The notes under the pieces: generated by a model
Databases searched by the model: none
What the model was told of the DNA's origin: nothing
What the model saw: the letters and a program-made list of their open reading frames with translations, nothing else
Position numbers and translations under genes: made by a program
Shown: positions 12,901 through 21,084 of the stretch, one piece after another
How positions within the stretch are numbered: the first letter of the stretch is position 1
Layout of the letters: each line of letters opens with the position of its first letter
NCBI GenBank assembly: GCA_036867785.1
Contig: CP145410.1
Coordinates: 1,302,001-1,366,000 of the forward strand
Direction of reading: 5' to 3'
DNA length: 64,000 nt
DNA from: Plasmodiophora brassicae
Taxonomy: Eukaryota

Positions 12901-13519
12901 GGCCAGGCTCGAGGTCGGTGGCGAACGTCGCATACCTCTTGTGGATGGCGCCGCTGACCTCAACGGCCGCGTTAACGTCCGCGCTTCGGACGAGACGAGC
13001 GTCGACGATGGCGCTGACCATCTCGCTGCCGTACCGGGACAGGTTCAACTTGCCGAACTCGTTGATCAGCGACCGAACCTGCGCGTCGCCGCCCAGCGAG
13101 AACGATCGCAGTTTGCGAAGGAACGCCGACGTCTTCTTGATGGACGAATCAAGGTTCGACGGCAGTGGCACGGGCTGATTCTCCCATGCGGAAACGTTCG
13201 CCGCCCGTTCTTTCATCAGGTCGGATCGCGCCCGACGCCACTCGTCAACACGCGCCCTGGCTTCAACCCGTTCCTGGGCGGCCGCCTCCGTTGCACGTTT
13301 CCGTTCATCCTCCACCCGCTTGCGCTCGTCCTCGGCGCGAACCCGTTCCTCCTCGGCTCGGCGCGCGCGCCCCACTTCCGGATCCGGGGCGCTGACGGGC
13401 GGCGATTCGGCGTGCGGCGTCGCCCGCCCTGCCGTATTCTTCGGCTGCCACACCATTCTGGGTCGGCGGGGGCGCCCCCGGCCGCCCTCCCCCGCAACCG
13501 GCCTGCGATCCGGCGACAT
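9938..13519 (-). CDS. UPF2: Nonsense-mediated decay factor UPF2
   Basis: LDSSIKKTSAFLRKL, LNLSRY, RLDLLPYYARLVA, IESKIRNVRFIGELVKF, LRKLPW, DPPTDTFRV, acidic tract, C-terminal LLTRKQNKTQTK. Start codon uncertain. Confidence 0.96.
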   Translation of the reverse strand: MSPDRRPVAGEGGRGRPRRPRMVWQPKNTAGRATPHAESPPVSAPDPEVGRARRAEEERVRAEDERKRVEDERKRATEAAAQERVEARARVDEWRRARSDLMKERAANVSAWENQPVPLPSNLDSSIKKTSAFLRKLRSFSLGGDAQVRSLINEFGKLNLSRYGSEMVSAIVDARLVRSADVNAAVEVSGAIHKRYATFATDLEPGLVRVFDTAASFAKKSEIDKEQASRWRSTLKLLTELFRYGVFQTPRSVSAAIKQLMDADLGSDPSCTILSILIGFCRYSGYDFLGYLPVRLESDFSLSGEDAGSVSSEQPPIIEADIQEKCRGLFNRYFDTLAARFAQVMRDVRQQRKENRRQEFYKGTIDEKNVAALTVLVERFDALRMHLTQLAELLRRDMPEIIADEKEDVSKIVVDDEETRASPSATSLFDDEETNIFYTVLPNLKAMLPAVLLGDTGAKSSDASAQSESVVIDDKDVPVDPDDAELAEAPKQLSPMDLFLQRLPEAMNREQIDELAEKFCYLNNRGTRKRLIEAIYCVNRTRLDLLPYYARLVAILNSCFPDIGSELTRLLKNQFFGLMHHKTQHNIESKIRNVRFIGELVKFGVAHHSLAFNAWNFCLNEFSGQRIPVCCALLEACGRWLFRNPETNERCQQCLTRMMKLKTAKYMDEHANNLIENAYYQCNPPASFRRPRKVLPPLHSYIRHLIYVELNENNVDQILDQLRKLPWSDSVVAAYAKKCLFRADRVQTQNIRYLASIVSGLSKYHGSIAVEIADAVLEEIRQGLERNHFAESQRRLSFARYLAEMYNYMIVNAQTVFDTLYLILTLGHEIDATGNLVSRMDPPTDTFRVSIVCVILDGCGVYFSSGSKRKRLDRLLLFLQRYLILKTVIAADVDFMAADLFDHLAPRLPRYTTLAEVDEALGALDRHGDVDRLVLLHGAQTQALPVGVPAGANESDDECSDDDDESREPIPNGTVEDESESDDDEDDEDDVDDDDDSDDFERRDGGLNPEEKTEEDRSFEMDLERLVLESVEERKFEKRTVQNLTDASAFGDIGITSTAPARPAPRDGENVVFHLLTRKQNKTQTKALTIPKDVDLAKKSLLGKQSAIEEQRTLRQLVIAGMERDHAEEQKRNYYGLPAEDVDSQLDIDLSYRNYEPVAQTGHGQHRSRGGRSGGPPRRFQSRGGGGGGQASR

Positions 13520-13774
13520 TGGACCAGCCAGCGACGCCAGACGTTGTCCCACGGCACACGGCACACACGACCGCGCCGCCGCGTCACGCAATGCGCAGTC
13601 AGCCGCCTCGCCCCTTCAGACGCAGGTCCGTGCCGTCTCCCCTCTCTGCCCATCGTATTACGTATCCGGCCGTGGTCACTCCCGCGCCATCGCCCATCGC
13701 CCGGAGGACAACCCGCGACCAAGGGCACCTGTCCGGGGTATTGCATTTATGGGTACCGCGTCCAAGTCACCCGC

Positions 13775-15203
13775 TCAGCACCGACGTTGCGATCCGAGCT
13801 CCAGGCGCTGCATGGCCTGCGATTCAAGGAACTCGTCGATGAGAGCCTTGCGTTTCGCGTCATCGTTCTTCTGCTGCCGCGCGTGCTTGGTCTTGGACGC
13901 CGGGCGGTCCTGGTGTCGGGCGGGTCGCCCGCGATGGGAATGAACGACGACTTTCAGGGCGCGGTACAGGTCCGGCGATACGGTGCTGCTGATCTTGAAC
14001 TCGGTGATGTGTGGGCAGTGGTGCAGCATGTCGGTGAAGACGACGGCGCCAGCATCGCCGACCAGATTCCCATCAATGTCGATCGTCCTGAACGCCACCG
14101 ATCAGTTTCGCTGCAGCAGAAGGGCGATCCTCGAAGTCTCGTACTGAAGCGAGCGGTTTTCGGCAAACGCATCGCGAAAGGCTTCAATGGCCGCAGAGCT
14201 GTTACCGAACCGGTTATTGGACAGGTTGATCACGGCCAGCGACGTGTTTCGTCGGATGCCGCTGCTCAGTTCTTCCCATCCCGCGTCCTCGAGGCGGTTC
14301 CCTTCCAGATTCAGTTCCCTATGGGCCGTGTCAGGATCCTGCCTGAGCAATACCAACGACTGATCATGCAGGCAGATGCGCCTACTTTAGTGCACACCGA
14401 GGAACCGTCATCACATCTGCTAGTATAGCGCCGGCCTGCTGGTCGAGCTCGCAGAACCCCAGACTGAGGCACGCCAGTCGATGGCAGGCGCCTCTGCGCA
14501 GCGCCCCAGACATCGACGCCAGTCCCGATGATGTCAACGAGTTGTAACTAGCCGATCACGCTGTTAGAACAGTTGTACATGCGCGCTCGCTCACGACCTA
14601 CTCCAGTCGTAATGTGGACAGAAGCGGGGAGTTCCGATCGGTCAGAGCCTTCCCCAAAGCGGCACACGATGCCTGAGTCATGTCGGCGTCTACGAGCTCT
14701 AGGATTGACAGCGAATGCAAGTTCGGAATCGCACCGCACTGTGAATGGAAATCAGGCGAACCTTGCAGGGCGATTCGTGGCCGGACTGCTTACCAACGCC
14801 AGTACGCCGCTGTCTGTGAGCGCCGCTTTCCAGAAGCTTACCCTGGTCAGCCTCGTGTAGAAGTTGGCCGTGATTGCTGTGGCCAGTGCACGAACGCTTT
14901 GAGGACCGCACGGGTCGCCCACGATCAGCGACCGAAGCTCGCGATCTGTAGCGAAACGTGTTGGAATCGAGTGCGATGCCTCCACTGGTCCACCGCACCT
15001 TCCGTAATTGCCTGGTGGATTTGGCGGTGGATAGGAGCGACCATGACCTTGTGCAGGCCCATCGTGCGGCATTCTTGCAGATACCTCGATCGAACACTGG
15101 CCAAACTCGCTTGAAACAGAGACGTTTGGGACTGTGCCTTCTGTACGCTGATCTTGGACTTTCCTGTCAGCGATTTGACCGAACGAGAGCTGATGGGTGC
15201 CAT
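13775..15203 (-). CDS. RI-like leucine-rich-repeat protein, spliced
   Basis: Minus-strand ORF pieces LTRVSFWKAALTDSGVLAL, ELNLEGNRLEDAG, LAVINLSNNRFG and IDIDGNLVGDAGA. Probable ATG at 15203. Confidence 0.7.
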
Positions 15204-15559
15204 GCCGACAGCGTGGTCTATATAACGTCGGAGTATAGCGAGTACCTAATCGATCCGTCTGGTGCCTACACGAACGATTACGTCAATGCAATACACTCGT
15301 TAGGCAAGCGCGCATTCAGCCACCGCGAAACCCGGATCCAACGACGTTGCATCGCTAAGGTCTACATATGTGGGCTGGAAGCACAGGCAGAGGCCAGAAC
15401 GCTTGCAGCGACTACATATTCGATTGTGTTCGGACCTCGTGTGGTGCTGAATACGACGGATACAAGTCTCAACATATTGACAGGGGCATCCACGGCGTCC
15501 GTGACGGAGTCCGCAGAGGCCGTCACGTCTCACGAAGGTCTTCGCTGAACCGCATCATC

Positions 15560-16967
15560 ATGAAGCTCGATGTTGGTATGGTGAAATTCCTAACGCGGGA
15601 CGACTTCCGTATCCTGGTCGCAGTGGAGCAGGGCATGAAGAATCACGAACTTGTGCCATGTGACTTGATCGCCAGCATATCCGGCCTGCCGCTCAGCCAG
15701 GCGTTCCGCTGCCTGGGCAACGTTCACAAGCACAAACTCGTATTCCATTCGCGCCAGAAATGTGATGGGTATCGGTTGACATACCTTGGCTATGACTACC
15801 TGGCCCTGCGAGCTCTCGTCAATCGAGGCGTCATATCTGCTATTGGCCGGCGAATCGGGGTCGGCAAAGAATCCGATGTCTACGAAGTCACGAATGACGA
15901 AGGCCGATCGATGGCCCTTAAACTTCACCGGCTCGGGCGAGTATCGTTTCGCGCCATCAAGCAGAAGCGCGACTACCTGGGCAAACGCAAAAGCGCTTCC
16001 TGGCTATACATGTCCCGTTTGGCTGCCACACGTGAGTTCGCGTACATGAAGGCGCTGCATGCGCGTGCGTTCCCCGTCCCCGAACCAGTCGATTGCAATC
16101 GTCACTGTGTCGTCATGTCGATGGCCGCCGGGTGTCCGCTGACGAACATTCGCGAGCTCGGCCGTCCCAGGGTCATCATCGACAAGCTCATGCGACTGAT
16201 TCTACGACTCGCCGAGTATGGCCTTGTTCACGGCGACTTCAACGAATTCAACCTGCTGTAGGGACCGGCGATGCCGCACGATAGCATTGTCTGACCCAGG
16301 ATGGTACAGGATCGACGACGATGGGGGCATTACGTTGATCGACTTCCCGCAGATGATATCGACGTCGCACGCGAATGCAGTGGAACAGTTCGATCGCGAT
16401 GTCCAGTGCGTCCGGACGTTCTTCATCAAGAAGTTCAAGTATACGTGCGACGCTGTCCCTCGGCTTCAAGCTGACAGCGAGAAGCATGTCGCGCTTGATG
16501 TCGAACTCAACGCCAGCGGGTGCGATCCCAATGACCTGGAATTCACCGAGTACCTTGGCGAGATCCGAGAAGGCGACAACGAAGACGACGCGAGTGACGA
16601 CGACGACGAGGGCAATGATACGCAATCTGTCGGCGTTGAGACCAGCAATAACGAGGACATTGACACTGCTGCTGACGCCCTTCAGGGCTGTACGGTGAAG
16701 GGCGACGTCGGTGAAGACGATGAAGAATCAAGGACAGATAGTGAGGCGTCGTCGTGCGACGATGTCGATGGTGGCCAGGAAGACTGCGAACCCGCGTCAT
16801 CGACAGCAGGTGCGACAATGGATGCCAATGCGATTCGAGACCGCGTCCGTCAGCGACGCGCCAAGATGACACAGAAGCGATCGAACCGCATGGCCAAGGC
16901 CACCCGGCATCGGAAGGTGCAATCGCGCCAGGCCATACGGCGAACCGTTGCCAGGCAAGCAGCATAA
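15560..16967 (+). CDS. RIO2: RIO2 atypical Ser/Thr kinase (40S biogenesis)
   Basis: GMKNHELVP, GYRLTYLGYDYLAL, IGVGKESDVY, LHRLGRVSFR, HGDFNEFNLL, IDFPQM. One intron at ~16258-16309. Confidence 0.97.
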
Positions 16968-17149
16968 ACAACTGGCCGTTCTTCTTTGTCATGGGATGGG
17001 GTATTGTTGGTTGTGAACGCGTGGACCTGCATTCGTCGAGGGCCAGTTTGGGGGACTGGTTGTAGGGCGTGGCGGCCGTGATGTCCCGAATCACCGTCTC
17101 CCTCACCGTCCTCGTGACACATTGCCTCTTAGGTGCCGGGCTCTGTGCC
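16917..17149. repeat. Direct repeat copy A (intact RIO2 3' end plus decayed copy of the receptor 3' end)
   Basis: Aligns by eye with 20790-21084; shared blocks include gaaccgttgccaggcaagc and gcggccgtgatgtcccgaatcaccgtctcc. Internal deletion relative to copy B. Confidence 0.9.
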
Positions 17150-19335
17150 GTCGAGGTCGCTAACGGAAAAATCCTGTTTCTCTTGAAGACAATGCTATCT
17201 GAATTTGGATTCATCTTCCAAGGTTGGCCGTACGTGCTAACTCTCGTCAATATGGTGATCATCATCACACAGTTTGGTCTCGTCTTGGCTACGCACCTGC
17301 CGCGATCTTCACTGGCCTGGAACCATCGACTCTGTTGGCGTCAATCTTCATTCCACAATTGGATTCTGTCGTTGATGCCCCACTTACACCTGGTCGCATG
17401 AACTGTGTGATTGATCACCAATTTTGACGAGAGCTTTCCTGGAAGACCGATCCAAATTCAGATAGTACTGCCTTCAAGAGAGGCAGGGTTGGTGTGAAGG
17501 CCCTATGTAGTGAAATGACAATAATGTGCGATTTGTAAGCGCGGCAAAAGTTCGCCGATGACCTTATTCATGAAACGCGACCTTTGATCACTAATTTGCC
17601 GCTTCGAACCGTTGCCGACATCCCTGGTCAAATCCAGCAGTTGATCATCCGCCTCAACCTGAATTCATACAACCGTGAGCTTGCCTTGCTGTGGCGTGAT
17701 CATTCCATTCAGATCAACACGAGCCCGTCCTTCGTGTCAACAGTCCACGACCGCGAGCAATTTGGAGGACGCGCCGGTGTACCTGCACATGTGGTACGGG
17801 GCCGCATCGTCCATCTGTAGGGCCTATACTGCCAGCCGCGCAGCCAGAACCCCCCTCCTTCGCCTACTTTGTCGATTCTTCTCCAACTTCTCAAACGGAA
17901 CTAATTGCCTCTGCGCAATTGCAACTTAGAAGCTGTACAAGGTTGTATCATACGTACACCATAGCAGCACCTATGATGTTGTTCACGGTCATAAGTCACT
18001 CGTAACCCTGTCCCGACACGCCCCTCCAACATTGCGGATCCGTTCCGGGCTAGCACAGTCAGCTGTCCCGCCAGACCAGTCGTGCGTGTCCAAGAATAGA
18101 CCGCGGACTTCCGGAGACGCAGTGGAGGGCGTGAGGCCAGACGGCCCGAAATAAACCAGACAGACAACAGGCACCAGAGGCAGAGAGGCAGCCGTTGTCA
18201 CAGACAGAGTGGCTATCAGCAGACAGCCAGTGCTTCCCAAAGCGAACTTCTCGAAGCTTGAAGGACGTCACACAGGTATCCGACCCCTCGTCGAAATGCT
18301 GGAAATGGTGATCAGGGACCGCCATCCATTTTACCAGGTCTGCTTCAACGGTCTACAACAGTTGTAGCTGGGCGGTATGACACGCCATGTAGCCCTGCAG
18401 TTCAGTTTGAACGCGGGCGTTGTACGCAGGTTCGCAGGGTCGTACAATGAGGCCACCAGTACCAGCGAGGTCGCAATATGGTCATACGAACAAAAGACAT
18501 TGGGCAACGCTATGCACATGCGATCCAGCTTCGACACGGTGATCCGCCAACATCACCGCATGGCCGACATTTCCGTATACTGGACTGGACAGACCCGTTC
18601 CTGAACCCATTAGCGTACGCGGTCTTCAACTTTGAAGGCATGCTCGGTTGGAGCCCGAAAACCTACGAGTTCAAAGGCAACCAAGGGAGACATCTTCGCA
18701 ACATGCAATTCATCAACTGCCATCAGTTCTACAGGTACGACTTGCACGTCCGCGACAACACCGACGAGCACAACGATCGGCCTGTTGGAGCCGACCTGTT
18801 AGACCGAACGACTCCGATACGTTGAACGTCATGAGCAGAGGCCTCCCTCCACCTATGCATAGGTGGAGGGAGGCCTCTGCTCATGACGTTCAACGTATCG
18901 GAGTCGTTCGGTCTCCACCTTGTAATACATGTCGCATAGCCACTGCTAAAATAGACGCCCGCCATGATGTAACAGGTCGGCTCCAACAGGCCGATCGTTG
19001 TGCTCGTCGGTGTTGTCGCGGACGTGCAAGTCGTACCTGTAGAACTGATGGCACTTGATGAATTGCATGTTGCGAAGATGTCTCCCTTGGTTGCCATTGA
19101 ACTCGAAGGTCCGTTCGCCTCGCGTGCCGCTTGGGATAATCGGTAGCTGCTGTTGTACGTCTCCACAGTAAAGTGTGGTGCAAGCTTCGGACGCCAGAGG
19201 GTTGTTTCGAATTTCCGACATAACTTCGCTGGCGAATTGCAGTATCTCGCGACTCTGCGACGGCGCTTCGTCATGAACGACGAATTGCGGATTGACGAGT
19301 AGGGGTGCTTGTTGGGAGCGACGTGTCCGTAACAT
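17150..19335. mobile_element. Degraded, rearranged Helitron (RepHel) relic
   Basis: Plus-strand N-terminal RepHel remnants: MTIMCD..A..KF (~17514), LNSYNRELA..VVRGRIVHL (17584-17820), EMVIRDRHPFYQV, YNEATSTSEVA, DPFLNPLAYAVFNFEGMLGW, QFYRYDLHVR. Minus strand: GGRLF*QWLCDMYYKVETERLRY (Helitron_like_N hallmark); Pif1 motifs VVHDEAPS and CGDVQQQLPIIP (19111-19335); GLP..LVKIGD and FKRNRIFPL (17150-17450). Stops and frameshifts throughout. Confidence 0.85.
18661..19110. repeat. Spacer-less fold-back inverted repeat centred at 18857/18858
   Basis: Perfect 114-bp palindrome at 18801-18914. Outer arms 18661-18801 and 18970-19110 (141 bp, 3 mismatches). The left arm lacks ~56 nt present in the right arm. 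Confidence 0.97.
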
Positions 19336-19956
19336 AAGGAACCTACCAAGGAAACGGTGCCTGACACTTCAGGAGCGACAGGAGCCCCCTGTCAGGGCGA
19401 AACGCCCATCACAAAGGCACGGCGTTGCGAGTCACCCGCCAGACAGGCCACGCAATAAACCCACGTCGCTATAGTGCCCTTCACACCCCCAACGAGTGCC
19501 AAGGTCTGCCCAGATATGCTCGTCGCCAAGGATATGTTCAATTTTAAAACTCAAGGATTCAAGTGGCAGACGTCATCGCTCCAAATGCAGGAAGTAACGG
19601 AACGTCCGCGATGACAACAAGTCTGCCAACCGAGGCCCACGAAGACTGCGTCCGGCACGTCCAAGCCGCTTTGCGGAACGCCAACAGCACCCGCACCAAG
19701 CATTTCGAAGTCGCACGCGCCCGGCACAGAGGTGGCCGAAAGCCTAAGCAAGCCCATCGACAAACCAATGGTCAACTGGTGCCGCCAGAAGATGGGGTAT
19801 CCGACACCACCACCCCTTAGGTTGCTCGTTTCAGGGGCGAGTCAACACCACATTCAAGCAACATCCTCCGACACGGGCATCAGTGCCCATCCTGTAATAC
19901 AAACGTACTCTCGTTGCTGTCAACCAAGCGGCACGCGAACGCGCATTCGTCTCATC

Positions 19957-20721
19957 ACGCCTCTGTGTTGATCTGGCGTCAGTACAACAGCATACAATGC
20001 CGCGAGACGCAGGGCTGAACCTCCACCTACCCAGGTAGTTGTTGACAATCGCCCACCAGATGACGAAAATGCTGACGAGGTGGTAAGCGTGCAATAAGGT
20101 GACCCGGCGGAAGCGTCGACACAGGCGCATGATGACCGGGTCCAGGAATCCAAACATCTGAATTTGGGAACACGTCAGGGACGCTTCGAAGTGTGCAAAT
20201 GGAAGGCCTATGTCACCTTCGAGATGCCGACAATGTACAGAAAACGTGACTTACGAAACCCTTTCGGGCACTCGTCGATCGCGCTTCCTGTGAACGTATT
20301 AGATCAAGGTATTCATCTACATAGATAGACAGCAGCTGGCGTACCGAAGGGGGAGTAGGTAGCAAGCCACAGCTCACTGATCGTCGCGACGAGTACATAG
20401 GCGCTGAGCAGGAAGACGCCCGTGGTGCGAGCCAGGACGAGCGAGCTCACGTCGTATCCCTTGCCGCGGGAAACCAACCGCAGGACCAGGATGCCGACCA
20501 GGCAGGCTCTGGCTGCGACAGCGGCGGTCGTCGTCGCATCCATCAGGGCCCAGTCCTGCGTCACCGGCCACGGTCTCCAGGCGGAACCATCGGCAGCATC
20601 GACGCCCTCCTTCCACAGCCCTTGGACAGCGTGTTGTTGCACCGACATGTCGTTCGCGTTTCAGACGACGTCGGGTGCGCGCAACGCGATCCGCACGCGG
20701 CGCCAAAGTAATAGGTCCCCG
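19957..20721 (-). pseudogene. Inverted, truncated, decayed copy of the elongase 5' part (~901-1650), with introns
   Basis: MSVQQHAVQGLWKEGVDAADGSAWRPWPVTQDWALMD matches the elongase N-terminus. Intron 2 and 3 sequences are recognisable. His box HVYHH has become HAYHL; homology stops at the start of exon 4. Confidence 0.93.
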
Positions 20722-20789
20722 TCTCACCGACTGACACCCGAACCGATGGTGGGCCAGGAAGATTGGGAACCCGCATCACCGGCAGCCCA

Positions 20790-21084
20790 GTGCAATCGGA
20801 GACCTCGCCAGGCCACACGGTGAACCGTTGCCAGGCAAGCCAGGCTGTTATTCGTTTATAATGGGCAGGGGGTTCAGCTGTTGGTCGCGATCACGTGGAC
20901 CTGCTTCGGCTCGCATTCGTCCTGCTTCAGGCCGGTGAGCAGCGCGTCGATCCGGGAGGTCAGGCGCCCGTCGACGACCAGCTTGGGCGACTGGTCGAAG
21001 GGCGCGGCGGCCGTGATGTCCCGAATCACCGTCTCCGCCACCGTCCTCGTCACGCGCTGCTTCTCAGGCGCCGGGCTCTGCGCC
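20790..21084. repeat. Direct repeat copy B (decayed RIO2 3' end plus intact receptor 3' end)
   Basis: Aligns with 16917-17149. Here the minus-strand exon ...AQSPAPEKQRVTRTVAETVIRD...IATNS* is open. Confidence 0.9.

Noticed and set aside
9935-14428. Long plus-strand ORFs (726 aa, 495 aa) opposite UPF2 and the LRR gene
   Set aside because: Typical antisense ORFs in GC-rich coding DNA; no recognisable motifs.
18801-18914. Palindrome as MITE, rho-independent terminator or pre-miRNA
   Set aside because: It consists of Helitron coding sequence, has no loop, TSD or U-tract, and is part of a larger fold-back.
17150-19335. Autonomous, active Helitron
   Set aside because: Stops, frameshifts, scrambled order, no Rep catalytic core and no clear termini.
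18729-19367. 212-aa minus-strand ORF crossing the palindrome
   Set aside because: Wrong frame relative to the Helitron motifs; a by-product of the inverted repeat.
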